64,000 nt of DNA from Armatimonadota bacterium (GTDB lineage: Bacteria > Armatimonadota > UBA5829 > DSUL01): NCBI GenBank assembly GCA_039811685.1, contig JBDHZC010000002.1, positions 288,001-352,000 on the forward strand, in the 5' to 3' direction. Shown one piece after another: positions 10,990 through 20,410 of the stretch. Within the stretch, counting starts at the first letter, position 1. Each line of letters opens with the position of its first letter. The translations under genes and the position numbers were made by a program. The notes under the pieces were generated by a model, which was given only the letters and a program-made list of their open reading frames with translations, was not told the DNA's origin and searched no databases.

Positions 10990-12141
10990 CTAGATTCCGG
11001 CTGAAGAAGGCGCCTCTTTTAACGCCAGCTCCCGTGTGATCTTTCGGCCGTCCCTCCAGAGCACTATCTTCATCGTCCCGCCGACTCTCGCCTGAAGAAA
11101 GGCACCCACTACGTCGTCTGAAGAGTCAATAGCCCGGTCATCAAGCTGAACGACCACGTCACCAGCCTCTATCCCGGCACCTGCCGCAGGACTTCCCGGG
11201 TCAACCTGAACGATGAGCGCACCGGCGCTGGAGGGCAATTTCAGACGCTGGGCAAGGCTGCCGCCGATGTCCCGAACGTAGAAGCCAGGCCACGGATGGC
11301 GCACTCGGCCGTATTGCTGAATCTCCTCTACCGCCCAGCGGATGGTTGCCGACGGCGTCGCAAAGCCTATTCCCTGCGCTTCTGAGATGATCGCGGTATT
11401 CAGGCCGATCACTTCCCCGCCCATGTCGCACAAAGGGCCTCCCGAGTTACCAGGGTTGATAGCGGCGTCTGTCTGTATCATGTTCTCAAGTGTGGACCCG
11501 CGGGGAGAGCGCAGCGTGCGTCCCATCGCGCTAATCACCCCAACTGTGACCGTGTTCTTGAAGCCGAAGGGATTTCCTATCGCTATAGCCCAGGAACCGA
11601 TGGGTGGCGTTGGCGCCTGCGAGATACGCGCCTGTGGCAGATTCTTCCCGTCAATTTTGAGCAGCGCGAGGTCACTGCTCGCGTCACTGCCCAGAACCCT
11701 GGCCTGAAACGTCTGCTTATCGGGAAGGGACACTGTGATGCGCTCGGCGCGGTCGATGACGTGGTGGTTAGTCAGAACGAGCCCTTTTGCGCCGTCAATG
11801 ATAACGCCGGAGCCTTCTCCGGTCTGCACTTCCTGTGACCTGGGTTCCCCGAAAAAATCTCCGAACATCCCGCCGAACATATACCGGTAGCGGCGTGCGG
11901 TGGTGTCAATGTTGACAACAGCGGGGCCGACTTTTCGGATAGCGGCGATGACCGGGCCGCCACCGCCCGAGTCTCCGGTGATACCTGGAGCCTGTACGAG
12001 CTTTGGGGTCAGAACCGTCCAGCCGCTATCGCGACCAGAGCGTACCGCCGCCTGCCGGGAACCGATGTACCCTCCCGCTGCGGACGTCACAAACACTGTT
12101 CCGATCAGCCAGACAACACCGAATCTCCTCATATCTCTCAA
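10990..12141 (-). CDS. HtrA/DegQ-family serine protease with PDZ domain
   Basis: LTNHHV, SDLALL, IQTDAAINPGNSGGPL catalytic triad motifs and a C-terminal PDZ. Confidence 0.93.
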   Translation of the reverse strand: MRDMRRFGVVWLIGTVFVTSAAGGYIGSRQAAVRSGRDSGWTVLTPKLVQAPGITGDSGGGGPVIAAIRKVGPAVVNIDTTARRYRYMFGGMFGDFFGEPRSQEVQTGEGSGVIIDGAKGLVLTNHHVIDRAERITVSLPDKQTFQARVLGSDASSDLALLKIDGKNLPQARISQAPTPPIGSWAIAIGNPFGFKNTVTVGVISAMGRTLRSPRGSTLENMIQTDAAINPGNSGGPLCDMGGEVIGLNTAIISEAQGIGFATPSATIRWAVEEIQQYGRVRHPWPGFYVRDIGGSLAQRLKLPSSAGALIVQVDPGSPAAGAGIEAGDVVVQLDDRAIDSSDDVVGAFLQARVGGTMKIVLWRDGRKITRELALKEAPSSAGI

Positions 12142-12243
12142 TCTCCATCAGCGCCTTTTTCTCGCTCATGTGAGCCCGTTGCGGTGCAAAGAGTCACGCA
12201 AACAGAGGCGAACGAAAGGCAGAAGAGGTTCCGCCAGTCCGCA

Positions 12244-14142
12244 TCAAATCCACCCGACTCCGGGACGCAGGATGCTGCGGCTGATGCGACCGCGCACGGC
12301 TTGCTTCGGATGCAGGACGGGAGGCTCCACGTAAGCTTCGAGCGCCCGAACCAGCGCATAGCACAGATAGCCCGCAAGAGCACACTCCGTGTTAGCGGTG
12401 TCGCCGGTCTCACCGGACGGCTCCAGAGGCCCCGCCGGCGCTTCCCTGAGAGACTCCAGAGGACCCAGATCGCCGCTCAACAGCCGATTGGCCATTGTAA
12501 GCAGACTCTGCCCGGCAGTTGAGTCGTCGGAGCGCTGAGCGCGCAGACGCGCGACCGTGTTAGCGAATACAGGCAAAGTCGGGCGGCAAAACTCAAGGTG
12601 TGTGGCCAGCTCCAGGCTGCCCTCTGGCTCATCGCCCATCTGGGTCTGGCCGTCCAGATCGCTGGCCCAGCAGAACACCGGGCCCCCGTCCTGGCGCACG
12701 ACGAGATGACGCAGAATAGCCGCCTGAACATCCCGCGCCCACTGGTCTGTATCGGCAGAGCGCTCCACATCGCGTATCCGCCGGTAGAGGTCGGACAGAT
12801 CAACCAGCGCCCTCCACACCACCATATTGCTGTAGGTCAGGTACTCAAGCGGCGCAATGCGTTCCCCAGGGGTCAGGCGCGTGCGGTACAGGGCAATCTG
12901 CGGGTGCGAGGCGCCCTCCAGCGTCTCCAGAATCCGGTTCAGACCAGACTGCACGCTCTGGTCAAAGAGTACGGTGAGGTCATCCGTCAGGTCCACGTAC
13001 ATCCACAGCGCGCGTATGGGAGCGACAAGGCCATCCAGTGAAAACCCGGGCTGGAGCAGGGAGCCGTCCAGACCTCGGCTGCGAGCGCCAATATTGCGCA
13101 TCTGAACGCCGAAGACATAGTGCAGAATCTCGCGCGCTTCGACAGGATCAATCAGAAGGACGGCGGGAAAGCTGTACAGACACACGTCGCGGTCGTGATA
13201 GGAGGCGGTCAAAGCGCTGCCCGGGGAGCGGGACGAGACGGTGACACGCCGCTCGGTGTCTATGGCTGTGGCGCGAGAATAGAAGAAGTTGTAGAACGCG
13301 TTTCTGTTCAACAACTCCTCAAAAGGCTCGGCGATGTCTTTGCAGTGAATGTGGCGGGCGTCGAGAAACGCTTCTGAAACCCGCTTTATCGAATCCCAGC
13401 CCTGGTCGCGCAAATCAATGGCGCAGGCTACACTGCTGGCTGGCTCAATACCAACACCTACGTCAAGCTCCAGAGTGAGAGATTCTCCGGCCTGGAGATC
13501 TGCTGAGCGCGATACCGAGAACTCCACTGGCAGCCGCTCGGTTGAATAGACGTCTTCAATGGCCGAGCCCGCGCGGCATTCTTCCGTCGCCCCCTGCCAC
13601 TGGCTGCCCGGTGAAGCGGCCAGCCCGATCGAAAAGATCGGGTGTGCCCATCGCAGTGAAAGATGACGAGCATCGCCCGTACTGTGACCGCCGACCATGC
13701 GCTGGCCGTTCATCTGGCACGTCATCGCCCCGACATGCCGGGTATCCTGCCAGCACACGCAAAATGAGAGCTTTGCCGTCGCCGGGACGTCTGTGCGCAA
13801 AACAGCCCGCACCGCTGCGCCCCGCTTGCCTGGTGGTGTCAGATAGGTGCACTCCACAGAGCCCTCCGGGACCTGCGCGTGAAAATGTGGAATCCAGTTC
13901 CCCAACCGGCTCCACCGGATGTCCCCCAGCGGCACGGGCGTAGAGTCCAACTCGACAACTAATGCAATAAAGGGCTTGGACGATCCGGTCACAACGATAG
14001 CGCCCCGCGCTGTCTCGTGGATCAGGGAAAGCGCGCGTACAGCACCCGTAGAATTGTCAATCTCATCCAGACTCAGAAAATCGTTTGCTGTTTGCAGCCT
14101 GAGGGGCTGGATGGGCGCAGGGCCGGGTTCTTCAGCAGGCAA
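12244..14142 (-). CDS. Glycoside hydrolase family 125-like (alpha/alpha)6-barrel protein, divergent
   Basis: YHDRD..LYSFPAVLLID...RNIG..SR..DG..LQPGFSLD segment resembles GH125-type proteins; TTG start at 14142 overlaps the upstream stop. Confidence 0.55.
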   Translation of the reverse strand: MPAEEPGPAPIQPLRLQTANDFLSLDEIDNSTGAVRALSLIHETARGAIVVTGSSKPFIALVVELDSTPVPLGDIRWSRLGNWIPHFHAQVPEGSVECTYLTPPGKRGAAVRAVLRTDVPATAKLSFCVCWQDTRHVGAMTCQMNGQRMVGGHSTGDARHLSLRWAHPIFSIGLAASPGSQWQGATEECRAGSAIEDVYSTERLPVEFSVSRSADLQAGESLTLELDVGVGIEPASSVACAIDLRDQGWDSIKRVSEAFLDARHIHCKDIAEPFEELLNRNAFYNFFYSRATAIDTERRVTVSSRSPGSALTASYHDRDVCLYSFPAVLLIDPVEAREILHYVFGVQMRNIGARSRGLDGSLLQPGFSLDGLVAPIRALWMYVDLTDDLTVLFDQSVQSGLNRILETLEGASHPQIALYRTRLTPGERIAPLEYLTYSNMVVWRALVDLSDLYRRIRDVERSADTDQWARDVQAAILRHLVVRQDGGPVFCWASDLDGQTQMGDEPEGSLELATHLEFCRPTLPVFANTVARLRAQRSDDSTAGQSLLTMANRLLSGDLGPLESLREAPAGPLEPSGETGDTANTECALAGYLCYALVRALEAYVEPPVLHPKQAVRGRISRSILRPGVGWI

Positions 14143-15406
14143 CAGGCGCGTCCTGAATAATGCGCAGTACCAGCCCGCTGGCAAGCTTGGGATAGAAGTA
14201 GGTGGACTTCTGTGGCATAGGGCGCCCCTGGCGAGCATAGCGCGTAATTGTGCGCACAGGTATGGGATTGAGCAGTATGGCCGCCTGCCAATCCCCGGAT
14301 GACACCATCCCAAACGCTTCTGATGCCTCTTCGACATAGGCAAGACGTGGGTCGGTCTTCAGATGGGCAACGTCGAAACCAAAAGCCTCAGCCAGCACGC
14401 TCTGCTGTGAAAGCTCCGCTCCGAGCAGATCTACATCCTCGCGCGGCACAATCACCCAGCCTTTCTGCCCGTCCCACAGGCCAAACGCGGACTCACCAGC
14501 CTGCGCCAGACGAGACTCCAGTTCACCTTGCCGACATGCCTGCAGCTCATAGTCCCTGCCCAACTGCTCGGCGAGTCTGTCCAAGAGCACAGAGTCCAGA
14601 TCGCGCAACACGCGATGCGTTGGCAGCACCGTCAGGCCAGGATCATCAGTCCAGACCAGCGTAGCCATCACCCAGTCCCACGGCCCCGCACCGCACTCCT
14701 CACGCTTCTTCCGGGCGTACGCCAGCGCCGTCTCATAGCGGTGGTGGCCGTCGGCTATCGTCAGAACTTCAGAGCCAAGAGCCTGTGAAATCGCCTGAAC
14801 GTCCCCCGCGCCGTCGCAGACATCCAGACTGTAGCCAACGCCTGTTTCATCCCTTGCGTTCTCGATCGCCTCACGCCAATGGGCATTCTGTAAAGCCTTT
14901 CGCACCACGCCGGAGTTGTCCTCGAACATCATCCAGACGCTGTCAAGATTGGCGCTGGTGGCGTCCATAAGTCGCTCCAGGTCCTCCTTGGGCCCACGCA
15001 GCGTCTTTTCGTGCGGAAGAATGATCCCTCGAGCGTAGTCCTCCAGACGCACCAGGGCAGTAAGGCCGCACAGAGTCTTCGCGTGCCCGCGAATCTGGTA
15101 GTCAATGCGTTGCCGGTAGAAGCCCGGCATCGGATCTCTGAGCAGGATCCCCTTTTCCAGCCACTCAACCAGCAGGCTTCCCGCTCGCGTGAATCTGTTG
15201 TGATCGGCGGAATCCAGCGGCTGCTCTTCACCCAGCACCAGGCGCACATAATTGTAGTCGCTGCGCTCATACAGGCGTCGGCGTTGTTGAGAGTCGATTA
15301 CGTCATAGGGTGGAGAGATCAGACTGCCGGGTGTTCCGGCCTTTGCCACATTGAACCGCACGCCCTGAAAAGGGGAGATATCAGCCACTGCTACTGCCAT
15401 CCTCAC
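14132..15406 (-). CDS. DUF1015 family protein
   Basis: SPPYDVI, ILPHEKT, IADGHHRYETA, VLPTHR, MPQKSTYFYPKL motifs. Confidence 0.92.
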   Translation of the reverse strand: MRMAVAVADISPFQGVRFNVAKAGTPGSLISPPYDVIDSQQRRRLYERSDYNYVRLVLGEEQPLDSADHNRFTRAGSLLVEWLEKGILLRDPMPGFYRQRIDYQIRGHAKTLCGLTALVRLEDYARGIILPHEKTLRGPKEDLERLMDATSANLDSVWMMFEDNSGVVRKALQNAHWREAIENARDETGVGYSLDVCDGAGDVQAISQALGSEVLTIADGHHRYETALAYARKKREECGAGPWDWVMATLVWTDDPGLTVLPTHRVLRDLDSVLLDRLAEQLGRDYELQACRQGELESRLAQAGESAFGLWDGQKGWVIVPREDVDLLGAELSQQSVLAEAFGFDVAHLKTDPRLAYVEEASEAFGMVSSGDWQAAILLNPIPVRTITRYARQGRPMPQKSTYFYPKLASGLVLRIIQDAPVAC

Positions 15407-15602
15407 TGGTGAGAGTTCTGTCGGGACAGATTATATCATGGCGCACTGCCGTGACGCGGACGGCGTCGGCCAGAGCGAAGTCCCTGTCGCATAGAGGCGG
15501 CCGAATACAGAGAAGAAAAGCAAGAGAACTGCGCTGCCCACTCAGCGTCCTGGCGTTGTATAATTGAGATGAGTTTTCGCGGGTATTCTACTGATAGAGA
15601 CG

Positions 15603-16133
15603 ATGTATTCCAAAGACTGGGAAGTCCTGGCTCTGGAGCCGGGCGCTTCCGTTGCACAAATCAAATCAGCGTTTCGAAGAAAGGTGCGTGAGTCGCACCC
15701 GGACGTCTGTCCGGGTGATGACACCGCCGAGGCTCGGCTGGAAGCCGTGGTCCAGGCCTACCAGAGGCTGCTTCGAGAGCAGGAGACGGTCGATCTTGCG
15801 CACAGGCTGTTTCCGGATGGTCCGGCCCCCGGCGAAGCGCTTTTACGCAATGCGCGGCCTGCGCCACAGAAACCAGACTGGCGCTATGGTGCACTCCTGC
15901 GCAATTTGCGGCGAGGCGCGCAAACACTTGCGCTGATAGCGCTGCTTGCCACACCTGTCGTCTCCGCGGTCCTCGGTGGCATGATCGCGCACCCCTGGAT
16001 CGTCCACACCGCCGAGCAACACTGGGAATCACACAAAGATCCGATCAGCCCGGACGAGCGCTATGCGCAGGCGCTGCTGTATGGAAAACAAAACGAGCGT
16101 CCTGCGCCGATCCGAGTGTCTGAAGAGCGCTGA
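15603..16133 (+). CDS. Membrane-anchored DnaJ-domain protein
   Basis: J-domain with HPD (IKSAFRRKVRESHPD) and one C-terminal hydrophobic helix; TATAAT at 15559-15564. Confidence 0.8.
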   Translation: MYSKDWEVLALEPGASVAQIKSAFRRKVRESHPDVCPGDDTAEARLEAVVQAYQRLLREQETVDLAHRLFPDGPAPGEALLRNARPAPQKPDWRYGALLRNLRRGAQTLALIALLATPVVSAVLGGMIAHPWIVHTAEQHWESHKDPISPDERYAQALLYGKQNERPAPIRVSEER

Positions 16134-16287
16134 ATTCAGGTTGCGGCTCTGTGTCCGATAGATCTCCCCATGCGGGGATTGGTCGAATCGCCCAGCGCCT
16201 CGCACTCCCGAACAGTCCCAGACACAACGCTTCAGATCTGCTGGAGAAGTGGATAGACTCTCAGTAAAGCCACGTAAGGAGTCTCAG

Positions 16288-16833
16288 TTGAAAACACAGA
16301 GAAGGAAAATCGGAATTCTGGTGGAGCAGGACTATCAGGACCTGGAAGTATGGTATCCGGCTTTGCGGCTCAGAGAAGAGGGCTGGGAGACATGTTTTGT
16401 GGGAAGCGGGACGACTGATGGCTACACAGGTAAGTATGGCTACCCCGTAGAGGTTGACAGAGCCATCCACGACGCCAGAGTAGATGACTTCGACGCTATC
16501 GTCATACCGGGTGGCTGGGCGCCGGATTTGATGCGCCGGGAGCCACGTTTTGCCCAGTTCGTTCGGGAGTTTTCCGGCTCCGGTAAGCCTGTGGCCTGCA
16601 TCTGTCACGGTGGGTGGATACTCATTTCCGCGGGCATTCTGAAGGGCCGTCGCGCCACATCGTTCTCGGGAATTCAGGATGACATGATCAACGCGGGCTG
16701 CCACTGGCGCGATGAAGAGGTGGTGGTGGATGGCAATCTCATCACCAGCCGAAAGCCAGAAGACCTGCCCGCGTTCTGTCGTGAGTTGATTACTATGCTC
16801 AAAAGTCAGCCAGGCGCTGGAGTCGCGCGCTAA
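16288..16833 (+). CDS. PfpI/DJ-1 family type 1 glutamine amidotransferase-like protein
   Basis: IVIPGGWAPD, CICHG, VVVDGNLITSR.P.DLP; AAGGAG RBS before TTG 16288. Confidence 0.92.
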   Translation: MKTQRRKIGILVEQDYQDLEVWYPALRLREEGWETCFVGSGTTDGYTGKYGYPVEVDRAIHDARVDDFDAIVIPGGWAPDLMRREPRFAQFVREFSGSGKPVACICHGGWILISAGILKGRRATSFSGIQDDMINAGCHWRDEEVVVDGNLITSRKPEDLPAFCRELITMLKSQPGAGVAR

Positions 16834-16939
16834 CCGCACATCAGTCACGTCGTTTGGCGCGCCACGCAAATATGGAACAAAAACTGTAGACGGGGGAATG
16901 TATAGACCCGTTTCTGAGCGCGAGCAAGAGCGCGCAAAC

Positions 16940-16968
16940 TTGACACAGGCTCGGGGGAGCGGTACAAT
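16940..16968 (+). promoter_or_regulatory. Near-consensus sigma70 promoter about 350 nt upstream of rpoN
   Basis: TTGACA-N17-TACAAT. Confidence 0.8.
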
Positions 16969-16974
16969 TCCGAT

Positions 16975-17270
16975 AAGCTCCTGCGCCGACTCTACGCTGA
17001 GACCATGTGGTAAGCAGGACATCTTGAGCCGGAAAGACGGCGCGTAACAGGGGCATTCGCTGGGACTGCAGTCATAACTGGGATAATGACTGCTTCTGAG
17101 TGCCTCTCCAGACACGACTGCCGCTTCGGTTGCCCGCTCGCGAGACCGGTGTCATTCGTCCCCGCTTACCAGCCGTTGAAAAGGCTGTTTCCGGCTGAGC
17201 CTGCCTCTGTGTGCAGACTTGGCGTTCTGTCTTGCGGACTGCGGCCGTAGAGACTGGGTCGACTTTTTTG
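16975..17270 (+). ncRNA. Candidate ~290-nt structured RNA or leader upstream of rpoN
   Basis: Starts after a consensus promoter, 5' and 3' ends pair, ends in a T6 run; several 8-10-bp helices including a crossing pair. Confidence 0.55.
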
Positions 17271-17317
17271 AAATCCGCACACTGCTGTCCGGAGTATCAA
17301 GTGAAGAGGCTGGCACC

Positions 17318-18745
17318 TTGCTACTGAGACAAGGCCTTAGGCAAACTCTAAGTCAAAAGATTGATCCGAAGATCATTCTGGCCAACAACGTTCTGGCGTG
17401 CTCTACGCTGGAGCTGACGGAGATGATCGAGCAGGAGTTAGCTGACAACCCCGCTATCGAACGCCCTGATGACGATATCTGCAGCGCGTGCGGAGTGCCA
17501 CGCGAGCTGTGCGTCAACTGTCCGTACAAGCAGGAGCAGCAGAAGGCAGACGCATCAGAGGACATTGACTGGCGGGACTGGCTGGCTCCGGACGTGGAGT
17601 ATGTGGGCGTTGTCGGTCATGCGGACGATGAGTTTGACCCCATCGCGAATCTGCGCTCACAACATACGCTCCACGACCACCTGCTGGATCAACTCCGCGC
17701 GACGGGCGACAAAGAGAGCTTCCCGATTGGTGAGGCTATTATCGACAGCATCACCGGCACGGGCTACTTCGAAGGTTCGCTGGAGGAAATAGCGGCGGAC
17801 CTCAAGGTAACAGCGGCCGAGGCCAGGCTGGTGCTGAACCTGATTCAGACTTTTGACCCCGCTGGAGTCGGGGCGACTTCGGTGCAGGAGTGTCTGGCGA
17901 TTCAGCTCCGGGCTTTGGATGAGCAGACTCCGCTCAGCCGCCTGGCTCTGCGTATGGTTGAAGACTACTGGGCCGACACCCACTCACGGAAAATCACCCG
18001 GCTGGCGCATCATCTGAAAGTGCACAAGCAGACGGTCCAGAGCGCATTGAAGTTCATCCGGGAAGAGTTGTCCCCGCATCCGGGCGAATGCTTCCGCCTG
18101 CCCTGGGACACAAACCCCGAGAACGCGCAGTCCGTGCAGCCGGATATAATCGTGCGCCGGACGATGGCGGGGTACGAGATCGATGTGCTCATCACAGAAA
18201 ACCAGTCTCTCGCCCTCAACAACAAATATCGCGAAGCCTACGCCAATATTCGCAACGGCGGCTCCAGAAACTATTCGTCCGATGAGCGCAGGCACATTGT
18301 GGAGTACGTGGAGCGGGCTGATGCGTTTATCCGCAGCATTCTCCAGCGGCGCAAGACTCTGCGGGCTATCACGAAATACGTCGTTGAATACCAGCAGGGT
18401 TACATCGAGACATCCCAGAAAAACTTCCTGCGCCCGTTGACGCGAACACAGGTGGCCAAAGCCCTGGGCTTGCACGAGTCCACCGTCAGCCGAGCGACCG
18501 CCAACAAATGGATGCAACTCCCCAGTGAGGAGGTGGTCAGCTTCGATCCCTTCTTTGACGGGTCCATTTCCATCAAAGACCTCATTGAGGAGATTATTGC
18601 GCAGGAAGACAAGCGGCGGCCGTTGTCCGATCAGGAGATAGCCGAGATTTTGCAGGAGCGCGGACTGAATGTTGCTCGCCGGACTGTGGTCAAGTACCGC
18701 GAAGCTCAAAACATCCTCTCGAGCCGTCAGCGCCGTGCGAGCTGA
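17318..18745 (+). CDS. rpoN: RNA polymerase sigma-54 factor
   Basis: FDPAGVGA...ECL, LRPLT..VA..LGLHESTVSRA, RpoN box ARRTVVKYRE; TTG 17318 with GAAGAGG RBS. Confidence 0.96.
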   Translation: MLLRQGLRQTLSQKIDPKIILANNVLACSTLELTEMIEQELADNPAIERPDDDICSACGVPRELCVNCPYKQEQQKADASEDIDWRDWLAPDVEYVGVVGHADDEFDPIANLRSQHTLHDHLLDQLRATGDKESFPIGEAIIDSITGTGYFEGSLEEIAADLKVTAAEARLVLNLIQTFDPAGVGATSVQECLAIQLRALDEQTPLSRLALRMVEDYWADTHSRKITRLAHHLKVHKQTVQSALKFIREELSPHPGECFRLPWDTNPENAQSVQPDIIVRRTMAGYEIDVLITENQSLALNNKYREAYANIRNGGSRNYSSDERRHIVEYVERADAFIRSILQRRKTLRAITKYVVEYQQGYIETSQKNFLRPLTRTQVAKALGLHESTVSRATANKWMQLPSEEVVSFDPFFDGSISIKDLIEEIIAQEDKRRPLSDQEIAEILQERGLNVARRTVVKYREAQNILSSRQRRAS

Positions 18746-18802
18746 GCTTATCAGACGCCGGCTGTCACAGACAGCGGCTTTTGTCCAGACATAGCCCGGT
18801 AC

Positions 18803-18836
18803 AAAAAAGAACCGGCCGAGAACTCATCTCGACCGG
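18803..18836 (-). terminator. Intrinsic terminator on the minus strand
   Basis: CCGGTCGAGA-loop-TCTCGGCCGG followed by TTCTTTTTT on the minus strand. Confidence 0.8.
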
Positions 18837-18970
18837 AGCCTCTCAGAAGCTAGTCTACCGCGTAAAACATCCGTCTCAGCAAGACTTCGCAAACTCACGC
18901 AACCGCAATGCTGTGTCGCAAGAGGACGTGAGTCTTCTGAGCAGGCGATTTGCTCTGCGCTGTGTGCTAT
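18803..18970 (-). ncRNA. Candidate ~165-nt sRNA
   Basis: ECF-like GGAAC-N17-CGTT upstream, a long imperfect hairpin and a terminator. Confidence 0.4.
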
Positions 18971-18976
18971 ATATCT

Positions 18977-19002
18977 AACGATTCACCCAACTCGAATGTT
19001 CC
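18977..19002 (-). promoter_or_regulatory. ECF-sigma-like promoter
   Basis: Minus strand GGAAC-attcgagttgggtgaat-CGTT (17-nt spacer). Confidence 0.45.
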
Positions 19003-19089
19003 GCCGTACTCCTGAGCCGCGCGCATAACGGATAAATCGGGGTCCTACAGGTCAGCTCACCACAAAACCCGCACTTGTCAGCGCCGCCA

Positions 19090-19380
19090 TCACGCTTCGA
19101 TATCTATGGCGAACTCCCGAAACTCTCCCGTCGCCTCACTCCACTGCTCGCGCACCCGGTCCACGACAGCCGAGCGCGGCCCCTGCCACAAGGCAGAGAT
19201 CAACTGCTCCAGGGTGTCCGCATCTCCCTCCGCGACGATCTTCACCTTGCCGTCCGGCAGATTTGAGACACGCCCATTGACATGCAGTCCTATGGCCGCC
19301 ATCTGGACGAAATACCGGTAGCCCACGTCCTGCACGCGGCCTTCGACTACCGCTTCAAGCCTCTTCAGCTGTCCACTCAT
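19090..19380 (-). CDS. acyP: Acylphosphatase
   Basis: GRVQDVGYR, GRVSNLPDGKV, QGPRSAVV motifs. Confidence 0.92.
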   Translation of the reverse strand: MSGQLKRLEAVVEGRVQDVGYRYFVQMAAIGLHVNGRVSNLPDGKVKIVAEGDADTLEQLISALWQGPRSAVVDRVREQWSEATGEFREFAIDIEA

Positions 19381-19753
19381 CTTCTGAGTTTCTCCCCCAG
19401 GGGTGTTTGCGCGTTTTGCGTCCGGGATTGCGCAGATTTGGCGCAGTAGCGTCGCGGCCCTCTTCTGCTATCTTCACGCAGTCCAGCAACGCAGCCGCTC
19501 GCCTGATCATCTCTTTTTCAGCGTTAAGCACTGATACCGCCGCGAGCGAGTCGTGTTCGATCTCTCGCGCCTGCTGAAGCGCTCTGGCCGCCTTTTCCAG
19601 CTTATGCCACTGATAAAGACATGGCAACTCGCTCTCGTCGCTATCGAGATGGGCGGCGAAATTGACGGCACACTGACTGAGCGCGGTTACAGTCTCGTCC
19701 AGCAGACGCAGCACGTCTTCCACCGGCATAAGACGCTTCTGTGGGTGTGGCAT
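19355..19753 (-). CDS. Hypothetical helical protein, probably co-transcribed with acyP
   Basis: AGGAG RBS before ATG; overlaps the acyP start; no recognised motif. Confidence 0.6.
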   Translation of the reverse strand: MPHPQKRLMPVEDVLRLLDETVTALSQCAVNFAAHLDSDESELPCLYQWHKLEKAARALQQAREIEHDSLAAVSVLNAEKEMIRRAAALLDCVKIAEEGRDATAPNLRNPGRKTRKHPWGRNSEDEWTAEEA

Positions 19754-19890
19754 GTCTCCTGCTTTCCCGATTTTTCCGATAGAATACCACGCACTGCGGG
19801 AAAAGTCCTTGTGACTGGCTGGCGCCTGGGCCTTGTGCTTTCATACCCAGAGCGTAGCCTGCAAACGCAGACGAAGGAGACAACGAGCTT

Positions 19891-20277
19891 ATGGCAATTG
19901 AAGAAAAAGTGTTCAACGAGCAGGACTTCCGCTCCGAGATCAAGGAAGACCACCGCCCCTGGGGCAAGTTTCGAGAGTATCCCGTCGAAGGTGTCGGTGC
20001 GGTGAAGATCATCACGGTAGACCCGGGAGGAATCCTTTCGCTTCAGTACCACCACCACCGCGCGGAGTACTGGGTTGCGCTGGATGAGGGGCTGGAAGTG
20101 GAAGTGGACGACAAAACCATCCGCCCCGCTCCCAACGAAGAGATTTTTATTCCTCGGGGCGCGCATCACCGCCTGAAAGGGGTCGGGGACAAACCCGCCC
20201 GTATTATGGAGCTGTGGCTGGGCAACTCGGATGAGTCTGACATCGTGCGGCTTGAAGACAAATACGGGCGCAGCTAG
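19891..20277 (+). CDS. Cupin protein, mannose-6-phosphate isomerase type II C-terminal domain
   Basis: RPWG, LSLQYHHHRAEYW, DESDIVRLEDKYGR. Confidence 0.9.
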   Translation: MAIEEKVFNEQDFRSEIKEDHRPWGKFREYPVEGVGAVKIITVDPGGILSLQYHHHRAEYWVALDEGLEVEVDDKTIRPAPNEEIFIPRGAHHRLKGVGDKPARIMELWLGNSDESDIVRLEDKYGRS

Positions 20278-20410
20278 AACACCAGACAAGCAGTAGTAAT
20301 AGTTCCTATTGCTAAGCCCTGATATTTCGGATAAAGTCCCGTTTGGCGGCGTCGAACGGGACGTTGCGTTATACCGAGTTGATAGAGAGCTGTAAGAGAG
20401 GAAGATTCCT

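Noticed and set aside
17027..17041. GGAAAG resemblance to RNase P RNA P4
   Set aside because: No GAGGAAAGTCC and no 3' ACAGAA..CGGCTTA conserved region
17311..17322. TGGCAC..TTGC at the rpoN start as a sigma-54 autoregulatory site
   Set aside because: Spacing is far shorter than the required TGGCAC-N5-TTGC
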